From NCBI GenBank assembly GCA_012295275.1, contig CM022667.1, positions 2,480,001 to 2,544,000 on the forward strand: 64,000 bases of DNA. The letters run 5' to 3'. Shown here piece by piece: positions 50,219 through 64,000 of the stretch. The notes under the pieces were generated by a model. The model saw nothing but the letters and a program-made list of their open reading frames with translations. It ran no database searches and was not told the origin of the DNA. The stretch is from Chrysomallon squamiferum. Lineage: Eukaryota; Animalia; Mollusca. Each line of letters starts with the position of its first letter. Within the stretch, counting starts at the first letter, position 1. Position numbers and translations under genes: made by a program.

Positions 50219-51636
50219 GACAGATACACCCACATTAATAATAATAATAAATAAAAATCATTTAATATGCTGCAATCATTAATTGTCTATTCCTACTGAG
50301 ACGGAAGAAAGGGTCTTTTGTCTGTATATATATATATATATTTCATTGTGTCTGTGACTGTTTATAGTTGTGTTTGTGTTAAGCATATACCTCTCCATGT
50401 TAAATTTAAAACAAATGAAACATTTCTTTTATGTTCTGAAAAAATCAATCTTCAAAGCAGCTGTTGCTTATTCCCAGCCTATAATCAGTTATTTTTGTTT
50501 TTATGTTTTATTTTTTATTGTTTTATGAACCATTTATTTATTATATATATGACATAATGATATTCATATAGTATAAGTAGCATAGAAAATGAATCTCTAT
50601 GGAGTTTTAGGTCAGCATAAATTTTAAAACAACTTTAATATTTTTGATGTGGCATTGAATTGATAATTACAGACAAAAGGAAGCATAAAATAAATAAATA
50701 AATATAGAGACACAATTTTATACATTTTTAAATAAAGAAAAAAAAAAACCCCCAAAAACATTTATTATCTAAAAATGTATATTTACAGTATAAAACTGAA
50801 ATTGTTTAAAAATGAATAAATGAATTTTAAAGTGAAAATTTGTTATTTGTTTTCCAGGTAATGTTATTGAGTGGTGTCTGCCAGACGATGTTGATCTTGA
50901 TGGGGTGGAATTCAAAGCCATGGCCAGTGGATCTCACACCCTGAGTAAAGACTTTGTGTAAGTTTAACAAAATCTATTTAATTTTAATATATTTTCTTTA
51001 TTTAGACATATTTTATAATAATAAATGAAATAAAGAATTAGAGAAGTAATTTTATTAAGACACATTTTATATAATAATAATAATAATGAAATAAAAAATA
51101 AAATAAAGAATTATAATTGTTTTTAAATTTAATTAAAGGAGCTATTTTAATATGCATGATATGGAAATAAATCAGTGTATGCATGTATGTGTGTGTGCAT
51201 GCTGATAAGAAAGAAATGATTTATTGTAATCACAAAATAGAGTGATTATGAGTTTTCTAGTTATATATGCACACAGAAAACGTTAGATTATTAATTAAGT
51301 CTATGTTCTAGTTAATTAACTGTAATTTATAAACATTAACATGAATATGGAACAGATGTCGAGTGGTTTTGTTTAATTATGCACATTGTTATTAACCTAA
51401 TTTACATATAATTATATCTGTTTAGCAATTAACCTGGCGCTTTTGTTTTGTTATTTTTTGTTTTGTTTTTAAATTAATCTTTTTTTTATATAACCACTAA
51501 AACAGTCATTAAAAAATTAATTTTGATTTAATTTGATTTATCTGGTTTTGTTTGTATTCTCTATTTAAAAAAGTGTTTTTGTGTGTGTTTATGTGTAAAA
51601 TCAAGTAAAATTTTATATAATAATACAACAAAATCA

Positions 51637-51675
<39 letters not shown>

Positions 51676-54600
51676 GCCAGATAAATAAAATAAAAATTTA
51701 TAATAAATATCAAACAAAATAATATATTATATATATATATAAACTTCATAATAAAATATATATTATTTTGTTTTATATTTTATTATAAATTTTTAATTTA
51801 TTTATTTGTCTACATTATCAACAGTATATATATATATATATTACATATTACCTCAAGCTGTATTCAAGTGTAAATATAATTCTTGTTTTACTGCAGATAT
51901 TTTAAAAAGGACAATGCATTCGGACTTGCGTGTTTTGAAAACATGAAGGTGGAGAGTGAGATTGAGCGAGGTGCAAGGATGAAGTCTGTAGGCATCCTCT
52001 CTACCTCATACACCTCCCTGTACAGACACATGCTGTTTTTAGAAACACAAGTCAGGTCTGTTGTGTCTGTATAGTTCACAGTTCTAATCTGTTAGTAGAT
52101 TCTGCTGTTGTTATTTGTATTAGCAAAAGTTAAGAATTGATGGCACACAAACAAATATACACAGAAGCACAAGTATGCATGAACACAGAAATACACATGC
52201 TTGGACATGCATACACATGAATATAAACACATAAAGACACACACACAGAGAGGCATACACACAACACACACACACACAAATACACACACATACAGTTTAT
52301 TACTGGCAATAAATAACATTAATTTATTAAGTATAATTAATTAAAAGCATTTTGAAAAAAAAATTGTTTCTCCTTTCATTTATTTAGGAAAATGTGAGAA
52401 CATGTTTTCCTTAAGAAAATACAAATTGCATTAATGATAACATTTAATGTTTTTGAATTTATTTTATAAAATAGATAAATAATTATGTCACACAGATGTT
52501 GCATATTTTCATATTTTATTGCTTATGATAAGATAATATACTTATGTTTGTTAACAGACATCAGTTAGAGACACCTGGTAATTACATAGCTCTGAAAGCT
52601 TTCTATGAAGATAAGAAAGGTGTTCTGCCTATAAATGGAACTGGAGATGGTTTAGCGATACCATCGGCATCATCAACACCATCAACACCAAGTCATGAAC
52701 TGCTACCAGAGATGAAGGTAATTACTTTTTAAAAATTGAACAGTCATTCGTCTTATTTATTTATTTTTTATTTTTGTATTATTTTTATTTTCACCTTTTT
52801 GAATTTTTGGAGAGTCATTTTTTTTTTTTTTTTTTTTTTATATCTTTATTTATTTACTCGGTTTTATCTTTCTTTATTTCTTTTTTTCTTTCTTTCTTTC
52901 TTTCTTTCTTTCTTTATTTATTCTTGCAATAACTTTTTAAATTGAATCACTCTTTGTTTTCAGTTTCATTGTTGTTATTAATAACTTAAAATTTCTTCAT
53001 CTATTTTATATAACTACCTTTTATTCAGTTATCTAGAGAAGGAATTAGGTTTTCTTTTTATTATAATTGTGTTGTTGTTTTTTTTTTTTTTTTTTTGCTA
53101 TCATTTGTATTTTTTCTTTATTCCTTTTTTTTTTTTTTTTTTTTTTTTTTGTTTTTTTTTTTTGGTGAAATTCCATAGCACTTAAATTTTAAATCTAAAA
53201 TATTTTTGAGAAGAAATACACCAAGTATTTCTAAAATCTGACTTTTTGATATGTAGGTAAATAAACTAATATTATCATACACTGTAATACAAGACACCTT
53301 CAGCTGACATGTTCCCCCACCAAAAATAAAAATATGAATTAAAATATTATTAGTTTTACTTTTTATTATAAACACACATGCATTTTACCAAAGAGATTCA
53401 AGAAAGATTTGTATATACTTAACATTGTGTCTAATACTTTACAAAAAATCCAACAAAACAGCAAAATCAAATAAAAAATAACAGTTGTTAAGTTTATTTT
53501 GAATTATTATTATTATTACAGATAACATCTAGATGTGTGTTTTTACTTTTCTCAGATCACCCATCCTGCAGGATGTTTCAACCAGTTCATCAAGTTTTTC
53601 TCCACTCACATCTTTACACTGTGGAAGTTTGCTTTGTTACAGAAACGTATCTTGTTCTTTTCACCCCCTCCCATTGGTGTTGTGTGTTACAGAGGCAAGT
53701 TATCATTATCCAGTTCACATTACTTCTCTCCAAATTTTAAATATATATATTTCTTCTGTCTTTAAACATTTTAAGGTTTTTAATAACAACTTGGTTTAGT
53801 TTTAAAAGTCTTTTTGTTATCATAAAAGTGTATTTATTTTTAGTCGCATTATTAGAGTTATTTTATTTTGTTTGAGTATATTTAATTATCTTTTAAAGTT
53901 TTAAACTTCTATGTGATTTTACAAATGTATGTTAAAGGAACAGATATATTCAAATCCAGTCTTTTTCTTTTATTTGATTCAGTTTGTTTCAAAATGCTAC
54001 AGTATTTGTATCAGTTGTGTAATGTTAAAAGAAAATGATAATGAAACAATAATCATTTATGGTACATATTTCAAAGTTGGGTCTCTGAAGTTATTAATTT
54101 CCAAATTATTACTGTTGTTTACTGTTTTGTTAACAACAGTAATAATTTGGAAATTAGTAACTTCAGAGATTAGTATAATATATCACTTATTCACAGTGCA
54201 ATTTTTTTACACTGACGTTTTCTTCATCCATTTTTTTCAACTGTCTTCTACAAATTATTTTTACAAATGGGAATTACAATAAGGCATTTCTTTATCATAA
54301 TAATTATTTCACTATTTCTTGTAAAAACATTTTTGTTTATGTATCTCTGTCTGTCTGTCTGTCTATTTATCTGTCTATCTATCTATCTATCTATATAAAT
54401 CTTTGAAGAGAACATTATTACTGAACACTGTTATTTTCATCATCAACATCATCATCATTATTATTACTTTTTTTTTCAGTATACTGTGCCTGTTGTCTTG
54501 GAAACCATAACATCCAGGGCCTTACAAGTTATGACCTTCGGCCCCATTTCTATGTTAATGTGGCTGACATTGAGGCTTTAGAAAATGAAATTGCTTATAT

Positions 54601-54761
54601 AGCATGTACGATATTTTATCAGAAACACATATGCACATGCATCTGAACACACATTTAAAACACTCAAAAATATGAATAGTACTTCATATAATATGTAGAA
54701 TTCATTTTCCCCTCAAAATAATAATAATAATAATAATAAAAAAATATAAAGAATTTACATT

Positions 54762-54834
<73 letters not shown>

Positions 54835-56544
54835 TTATACTGCAATCAATACAGTAAAAATATTTTAATACAAACACCATTGTGCTTATATTATCAACTT
54901 GGTAACATTTTAAATATGCAATTTATTATAATACTCGTGTCACATATTGCATATACAGACATATATCTTTGAAATTAGTTATATTTTATATATATATATA
55001 TATTTAATTTCAGGCACAACAGAAAAAATATTTGAATGTAAAACTCAGCTGTTTGATGTATATGTTGATAACCAGGTGATACACGCACACAGTCCTGTTC
55101 TTCGCAGTCTGCTCAAAGTCAGTGATGCAGATCAGGAGAAATTTGCCAGACTCAATACTCAGAGGTTTCCAGTTTCTTCTTTCCTTGAAATTTAACAAAA
55201 TAAGGAGAAAGTGAACCCAAAAAATTATGAATTTATTGAAAACAGAATTTGTTGCGATAGAATTATTGTATGTTAAACGTGACGATGAGAAAGTTATTTC
55301 ATGTGGTTCTGTTTTAGATATGTTAAATATTATTCATTATTTCAGTCTTTGTTAATAACAAAGTATGGCTGATCCGCTTATCCGAAAAGTTCATTATATA
55401 TATGAATATATAAAAGTGAGAGAAAAACGTCTAACAATTTTTTACAATTATTTTTAACTCAGTTATTTTAAAATTACAAAAAGGTGAAATTGCTGTTTAC
55501 ATGGTTTTTGAAAGGTTTTGAATATTATTTTTACTTTATTATTAGGAAAGGTTGGACAAAAAATATACAAAACAGTTGTTTCTTTTCTTTTAATATAATT
55601 TCAACAAAAAAAATTAGGAATAGTTAAAACAGTTTTTCTTTTTTAACAATAAATAATGTTTTTGTTTGCTACAGATCAGCACATTTATTTTCTATGGAGG
55701 AACAAGGTTACAATAATCAAGTAACAGATGAAGAAGAATTTTTCACAAAGTAAGTAAATTTTTAAAATTTATTTTATTAATTTTTTACCATTTTTTGTTT
55801 TTTGTTTTTTGCTGCTATTGATCACAACTTAAATTAATGTTTGCCAGGGCGTTGTTTTGTGATATACAGACAATTTAATAATGGTTTGCAAAATCAAAGT
55901 TTTCCTATATGCATACATAGTTAGCAGACATTTTCTTTTGTGACTGATCATAAATAAATATAATATAACTTTGCATAACTTGTTATGTGTGTTTTTGAAA
56001 GTAGTACATTTTTTTTTTACAGTTATTGCTAGGCCCAATTTTGAAAAAAAGAATAAAAATTTTAATTAATTTATATATCAGAATAATATAATGTAAATAA
56101 AATGTGATTTTAAATAATAATAACAATATAACTATGATATGATATATGGTTGATAATACAATACAATACAATACAATATAAATAAATATAAAAAAAATAA
56201 ATATAAATATAAATATAAATATTTTTTTATTTATTTAGTTAGTTAGTTAGATAGTTAGATAGTTAGTTATTTATATTGTATTGTATTATTTTATATTTTA
56301 TTTTATATATATATATATTTTTATTTATTTTTTTTTTTTTTACAGCTTTTTCACCGAACTGAATGACCGTTTATTTCAAACACTGTTGGACATTTCGAGT
56401 TCTCAGGACCGCCAGCTGACCTCTGACCACATGAAGAGCATGGGGCTTGACCCAGTAGGTGACCGCAGCTTTCTCATGGAACTGGTGGAGCATTATGGGA
56501 TAGATGTTGTTCTCATGGTGGACAATCCGTGCTGTCCTAAATGA
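49391..56544 (+). CDS. DENND11: DENN domain-containing protein 11 (LCHN/KIAA1147 homologue), 443 aa, 9 exons
   Basis: Exons 49391-49613, 50858-50957, 51897-52055, 52558-52717, 53556-53694, 54480-54605, 55014-55164, 55675-55749, 56346-56544 total 1332 nt in frame. Motifs [86 protein letters not shown]. Confidence 0.93.
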
Positions 56545-56762
56545 TTATTTTCACAAGACTTCCACGATCCAGATTCCATTTTGCTCATAGGAAATTTTAT
56601 ATTCTGATGTACATTGTGTAACTAGAATTAGATTTTCAAAAGAAATCATGTAACAGAATAGATAGTCAGTTAATTTAGCATTATTTAGAAAAAGAAAAAG
56701 AACAAATTAGAGCCACCATTTTTTAATTATAAAATTATGGGTTTAGCATGTCCCTAAGAGAT

Positions 56763-56808
<46 letters not shown>

Positions 56809-57313
56809 ATATATGTGTATATATATATATATATATATGTGTATGTATAATAATAGCACCACTTTAATTACTTACTTAAAATTTTAAAAATTAAAATATT
56901 GAAAACGTTAAGTGTATTAAATTATGACAGTAACAAATTTATTTCTATTTTTAAATTTAATAACTTTTTATAAAGTTTTATATTTAATATTATTATTACT
57001 AATAATTCTCTTTTTTTAATTATTTTTTCATTAATATTTTAAATATTACTAATTTAAAAAATCATTTAAAAAAAGCAGTAACTAAAACTAAGATTTTTAG
57101 GTCAGTTTGGTTAATTCATCATAATGTAATCTTGTGTGTTCATGATTATTTGAAATATTATTTACTGTATTGCACATTTATTAACTATATATATATAAGA
57201 TAAATGATTGTAAAATAGAAAATCTGATTTCATTTTAATTTATTTTTAAATCTGTGAATATCAGTTGAAGAAACACAACTAACAAAAATTATTTTAAATG
57301 AATCTTATTTGTG

Positions 57314-57358
<45 letters not shown>

Positions 57359-57634
57359 TTGGAGGACCATTTAGTCTACATTAAACAGGAAATATTTTGA
57401 AATAAGAAAACAAGTTGGGTTTGTTTATTAAAATTTATGCTTATGTATTGGTGTACTTTTTTTTTCAAATTGGGGTAGACTCTTTTGTTTCACTATGAAA
57501 TGAGTTTTGGATGTCTGTGCTCACAAAAGTTGGTTCTAAGTGGTACAAATTATTTCTGAGGTTTATTTCTATTTACATTTTTAACGGGCTTACAATAAGA
57601 TTGGAGGGTTTATTTTCATGATATTGGTATCAGA

Positions 57635-57722
57635 ATTTTCATTTAACATATTGATGTAGATCAAAGGATTTTCTTTAACATGTTGATGTAGATCAAAGGA
57701 TTTTCATTTAACATATTGATTT
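57635..57722. repeat. Short tandem repeat, ~32-33 bp x3
   Basis: TTTTCATTTAACATATTGATGTAGATCAAAGGA-like units. Confidence 0.8.
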
Positions 57723-58370
57723 AGATTAAACATGTACATCAGAGGGTTTTCTTTCAAAAACATTTACTTTGAAGACAGGATTTTAATTTCAAGATATTGA
57801 TGTAAATTTTCTTTGATATTCCCCAAGAATTTTGTCCTATGCACTTTGTGGACTAGATGTTTGACAAACAGCAGCTGCAAGAACATTTTAAATATTCAAT
57901 ACTTTGTCTGTCTGAGGTTATAATTACCTTACTTTATCAGTTTTTATTTCTTATTAACTGTATGGCTTCTGTTATTATCAGTGGATGTTTTTAGTATCAT
58001 GTTGAATGCTTGCAAAAAAAAAAAAAATTTAGAAAATTATTTTGACCTTAAAATTAATTGAGATATATTTATGTATTTACTAGCAAAAAAATTTAATATT
58101 ATTTTTGTAACTGAAATTATTAAGCTTTCGTCGTACGTAGTTAACCATTACTTGGCCTTTTCAAAATTTAATCTTTTATTAAGAACCATGTAAATCTAAT
58201 ATGAATGCAGTTTTGTAAAGATGTTTGCCCTATTATTAACATTCCAGAATTCACTGAAATTTAAATGTATGTATAACAGACTAAACCTAAGGCAATTCTG
58301 TCAATTATTTAAATTTTTATTTGCAGTGGTTCTAGACTTCCTTGTCAAGATGTGACAAGATTTGCCAGCT

Positions 58371-58560
58371 ATTACAATGTCAGATTTCTAGAATGATTTA
58401 ATATGTTGTATTAAATTGTCAAATTTCTAGAATGATTTAATATGTTGTATTACATTGTCAAATTTCTTTTATTATTTAATGTTGTATTACATTGTTAATT
58501 TTTTTTAATTATTATTTTAATCTGTTGTATTACATTGGTAAATTTCTTGTATTACATTAC
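58371..58560. repeat. Short tandem repeat, ~39 bp, about 5 decaying copies
   Basis: TGTCAAATTTCTAGAATGATTTAATATGTTGTATTACAT units at 58378, 58417 and 58456. Confidence 0.8.
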
Positions 58561-59680
58561 TGTAATGTAGTCAGTAGAGTTTCAGAGTCATGTTTTTATC
58601 AGTCTACATATTTTTGTTATGGTTTATAATATTTTGGGGAAAATTTTGAGTCTGTCTTGAGTTGTGTTTCTGGTTTTTGCCAGACATTGTGCTATATATA
58701 TATATATACATCACTGGGATTTAAACATAACTGTTATAAATTCAGACAGGCATTCTTTCATCTGTTCTAAATCTGACTGACATTATCCAGTTTACCTTTG
58801 ATATGATCTTTACAGTGTTGATGGTTTTTGACTTCCCTGTACAAGGTCAACTTCACATGTCACAGAATACCGAATTGTAACAGTATATCTTTAACAAACT
58901 CTGTAATGTTTTATTCAGTGAAATATAATACTTTGGTTCATCTACCAACCAAATTGACTGTTAGCATTAAATGATGATAATAACTCTTTATATTAAATAG
59001 GTGAAAATATCATATTCTAAGTGCATAAAGCCATTTTTATTACAATAAACAATTCATTCAGAGATTTCTACCTGTGTTCATAAATAATTTGACATTTTGA
59101 GAACATTTCAGTTTAATAACTGTATCGTTTATCAAATATTTTTTATCAGTTAGCAAATGTAACAGTCCTAGCCAAAAGATTAAAATTAGGCTGACATGAT
59201 GTGCACATGGCATCTGTAATGAAATGTTTAATGTGTGTTAATGATTTTAATTATATGATAAAGAATTTTAACTGAATGATGGAGAATTTTAATCTCAACA
59301 TAATTTAAAAGAAATACATAAATAACATAAATCACGATTAATGCCACAGTTCAATCCAAAAATATTTTCCACCTGGAACTTTTCCCATCCAAACCACAAG
59401 ACAAAGAATGTATATATTTGAGCCATAAAGCAAATACAGGGTTTATGAAAGTACCATTTTTTTTTCTTTATAGTAGCTACTTAATATGTCATTTTTAGCT
59501 GGCTAAATTATTATTGCCGACCCATTTTGTGAAAAAGTAGGGCTTCTTATTAGTTTTTTTTAACTTTTTTTTTGAAGAGGATTTTCTTCTGTAACAGTCT
59601 ATTTTATAGTTTTAATTATACATTTGTTAATAATGATTTACTTTTGTACATTTTTTGAAATACATCATATTTTATTAGTT

Positions 59681-59979
59681 CAGGTTGAGAATCCTTTATC
59701 TGAAGTGTTTTAGATTTCAGAATTCTTTGGATTTTGGGTCTGTAAAGAGATAGCCTGAGAGTAGGATCTAAACTTAAATATGAATTTGTTTATATTTCAT
59801 ATATAACATATACACAAAGTCTTGAGGATTATTTGTCTAATATTTTAATAATATTGTACACCAAATAAAAGGAGTGTATGTAAAACTATTTGAATACTGT
59901 TAAATATCGCCGTTTCTGCAACTATGAAAAAGATTCATATTTTATTTTAAAATTTCGGACAAGGGATATACTCAACCTG
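59681..59979. mobile_element. pogo/Tigger-type MITE (MER46/Tigger4-like), 299 bp
   Basis: Terminal inverted repeats CAGGTTGAGAATCCTTTATCTGAA ... TTCGGACAAGGGATATACTCAACCTG; the expected TA target duplication has decayed. Confidence 0.8.
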
Positions 59980-60122
59980 CAGTATACCAGCTAGTACATT
60001 TATCTGGCCCAGAGCTGGCATCATTTGGGCCTTGTATGTATTTTTTGTCTACCCTTTTGTTCTTAAGGCTTGCAGTTTGAAAAATGTGATTCATATGTAA
60101 TTAGGTGGAGAAGCTGTTTTTG

Positions 60123-60165
<43 letters not shown>

Positions 60166-63100
60166 CATCATCACTAATTTATTTATTTATTTATTTATTT
60201 ATTCGGTGGATGCTGGAGGCTTTTGGTTGATCTGATTGGGTTTTGTTTTTATTTATTTATTTACTTATTTACTTATTATTTTATTTTAATTTTTTTATTA
60301 TTATTATTTTTTTCATATTTTATGCACTGATAATGGTTTGAGGGATCATGAAATTTTACAAAATAGTGGTTATTTGATGAGACACTGAACACAATGATCG
60401 TATATAAGATGCACACTAATTTGCAGGCCTGTGTAGGTTATTTCTTGGATTGGTAACCCAGGAAATAATATTAATTATCAGGTAGTGATATCAGATTGTG
60501 GCCTTACAGTTTAAAATATCTGTTACTTTGTAACCGTGTAATGTCCTTTGAATCAAATTTGTAAGCATAATTATTTCATTCAACTAGTGATTGGTTTATG
60601 AAGAGATTTACATTTAAAATGGAAGAGAAATTATGAAAATGTGTTTAAATTTGCATTAAATTGTTTAATTAAAATGCAGCTGGCACAAACCTAGTTAAAA
60701 AGTAATCGGTGATTTCGGCTTTTTTTCGTTTATTATTTTGAACAAAATATTCTTGTGTAGCATGTGTAACATTCCACAGTTATTAACTGATTAATTAGGT
60801 GTGCATGTATTTATTTTTATTGTACTGCTGAGTAATAGGGCAATGTTTAATGTCGAATACTCTATTTAAAGAAAATTGTTGTGAATGTATCTGCCTTGGA
60901 CATCCAGTCTGTCACTATGATGATACTGTAATTGCTTTATCTTTCTGTGTTGGCTTGAGTAAAAATATATATACATTCTTCTGGTTGAGTAGTATAGAAG
61001 CTGGTATTCAGACATGTCTGATTCGGAGCTACATATATATATGTATGTATGTATGAAATAGATGAAGCTAGTAGAAGATATCTGTTGAATGTTGGAGGTT
61101 TACAAGTTGAAGTCTGAACAAGGGATGTATGGATGTAGGAGTCTGTGTTAAAGATGAGTGTAAAGGCAGGATCAGATTTGGTAAAACAGGGGAGAAGGTC
61201 TTAAAAAGATGTGTTTTAATAGTAACCTTGCAAAAAAATGTGTTGTAATAGGAATTACATAACGATAAATCATAAGAATTGTAAGAGTAGATCGCTTCCG
61301 TTATTATAGTTTTGATTGTTGTTACTTACATAAACCTACAGCATGAAATGTATTCATTCACAGTTCATCATTTTGTTACAAGTATAACCTGTCAGTAATT
61401 TCGTTGAGAAGCTTTTGCTCTATTTTATACAAAAAATATTAAACTATACTGTTCTGTTTAAGCCATAAAATTAGAAAGTAGAATGTGAACATGAATTTAC
61501 AATGAGTATGTGTCAAACAAATGCACCATAAAACTCACATTTTCATGTGTCTAACATTGCACAATATTAATAAAACATGAGAAACTACATTTCATTCTGT
61601 GACAGTATCTAATTCTGTTGAGTGTTCTATGGGAAAAGCAATCTTGGCACTCAGTTCACTAAATACACAATCTGAATGTGAAACATACACAGTAAATACT
61701 AAAGTTAACAGGGACAAATGTTGGGTATAACTGATGCCTTCAACAGGTCAATGCTATTAGTTTGTTATAAAATACCTTAAGTGTAACAGTTTCATGCGAC
61801 ATCTATGAATTTTCTGATTGAACTTAACTTATTTCTCTCAAAATATAGGATGCTGAATGTGCCAATAGTTTGTACAAAATATTGTAAATATTCTTTGACT
61901 GTATAGATACACATACATATATCTACAGACAATGTATTATATTTTATGTATGTATGTATGTATGTAGAATGGACACACACACAAAAACACAGAAGTGCAA
62001 TATTCTTTTGTCTGTTTTTAATGTGATAAATGAATTATGTAAGTGATTTCAAGATATGTGAAGTTATTTTTATCTGTATATATTTATGTAAGAGACAGGA
62101 ATTCTCACTTTGGAAATCCTGTTTTATTATATTTGTATACAATAATAATAGTTTGTTGGTTTTTTTAATCTCACAATATTAATCATTTATGTTATATACT
62201 TTTATTTTATAATTTTAATTGTGGATGTCAACTAATTTTCAGTTTGTGCCCATTTTGAAACTGATCATAATTGTTATATTGCCTGTGCCATGTTTGTAAC
62301 ATATAAACGATAAGCAGACATATACACATACAAATGCTTATGTAATTCACTGGCTTAATACTCTTCTGAAATTATAATTTAAAAAAATAATAAAGACAAG
62401 TTACTAATTGTTGATATAGTGTTAATAATGCTCAAAATATACTAAAATATTATGTACTGTTATTTATTTATTAGTTTTTAATCCTAGTGAGAATGTTATA
62501 CCTAGTATTTCTTCTTCTTCTTCTTTTTGCAATAATTAGTTAAAGATTTCAATTAAGAAATAAGGAAATGTTTTCAAATTAATACTTTTAGTCTTATGTA
62601 AATTTGTACTGCATAAGTTGTTAATATATTACATTAGTGGTACATATATAGATCCTACACAGATATTTGTAAGAGATAAACTAATAAATTATGAATGAAA
62701 AATTAATTTAATAAAAATTGTGTGGATTAGAAAATGTTTTATTTTTAAATCTTGCAAATAAATTTTTATTTTTATTTTTATTTTATTTTTTGCACATATT
62801 GATTTTTATTTATAATCTGAATTATTTAGTATATAAAGTGACATTATGGATAACATGTTCAAAATGGGAGAAAAGCAAAATACTTGCATAAATATTCAGC
62901 TTTAATTCTGAACCAAAATTAATAAATGAGATCATAGAAATATTAACTTAAGTTTCTGTTAATTGGATTAATGATCTCCTTAATATTATAAATAAAAACA
63001 ATATTTAACTCATAATAATTCTTAGTTTAAAAATAAAAATAAATTTAAAAAAAATAAATTCTAGTCTGATTGCTTTAAATGTAGTCTTTCTTTTTTTTTT

Positions 63101-64000
63101 TTTTTTTAAATTCATTATATATTTATAGAATGTTCTTGTGCTGTTGTGTCAGATATCTTATTATTTATTTATTGTCACATGTCAATAAAATCAATGAATA
63201 ACCTTTAAATGATTTATTATTTTTCTCTCTTATGGCCATTATGTATCCAGTTATATCGACTTTTCAAATTTAATATTGCTAGTTTGTAACCTGATCATGT
63301 TTAACAAACACTCAGAATATCTTATTTAGTTTTCTTGCAAGTGCTCTAATTTATCAAAAAGCTGACATACGTGCTTTTTTTTTTCTAGAATCATCAGTTT
63401 CTGCTAAACCATTAAGTGTACATTTGTTACTAAGAAGAACCTATTTTGCAGTTCTAAATTATATTTTATTGACATTTAAAATAACTATAAAAAAAGAAAA
63501 GAATGGGCACTATCGTGATTTCTATAGTTTCTGCTAGAGTATTAAACAACCTCAGTTATCAACTGATCTTGCCCACTACAGTAAGACTATCTGCAAAATG
63601 ATTAAAATGGAGATGTTCAAATGGTTTTTTCAATAGCATTTTTTTTTCCCTCAATAATTTATTAGCTATTATTAGATTACTTTCCACACATTTAGGAATT
63701 GGTGTATTTGTTGAAATGGAAACATTATTTGTTTTGTTAGTTTCTATGTACTTGTCATGCAGGCCTGAACATACATGCCTACCAAACAGGCCTGAACAAA
63801 TATGCCTACAAGTCACTAACAATGATGCATGTTTTTGTTAGATTCAGACAGATAATGTTTTGTCACTGCTGTCTGCCTATTGATGTGTTAGGCTCCAGTT
63901 TAAAATTTCCATCAGATAATATGGTGTCTACATGATACTAAAGATGCTTTACACTTTGAGTTAGTTACCACTGTAGAGGTGGCAATGGTTGACCTTTGCT

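Noticed and set aside
60850-61210. Possible decayed retroelement or coding fragment
   Set aside because: Multiple stops and no recognisable motif.
63559-63822. 87-aa minus-strand ORF near the window end
   Set aside because: It is partly a short duplication, upstream frames are closed, and I see no splice support or homology.

Overview
AT-rich, microsatellite-laden animal genomic DNA with spliced genes. It looks like an invertebrate, possibly a gastropod mollusc, but that is inference only. Most of the ORF track is microsatellite noise, so gene models were rebuilt by hand from splice sites and reading phase. 0.5-25 kb holds four paralogous 5-exon genes arranged tail-to-tail (+,+,-,-). They encode small (~215 aa) probably secreted single laminin-G-domain proteins whose exons are more diverged than their introns. 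The fourth copy is broken in exon 4. 34.6-42.2 kb (-) is mitochondrial D-lactate dehydrogenase (LDHD), with two equal-length tandem copies of the active-site GHVGDGNFH exon that look mutually exclusive. 43.0-48.0 kb (+) is RPL14, hosting five copies of one U49/SNORD49-like C/D snoRNA, four of them in a single intron. At 49.2 kb a tRNA-Asn(GTT) lies head-to-head with DENND11/LCHN (49.4-56.5 kb, +, one GC-AG intron). There are also minisatellites, a Tigger/MER46-like MITE and other transposon remnants.
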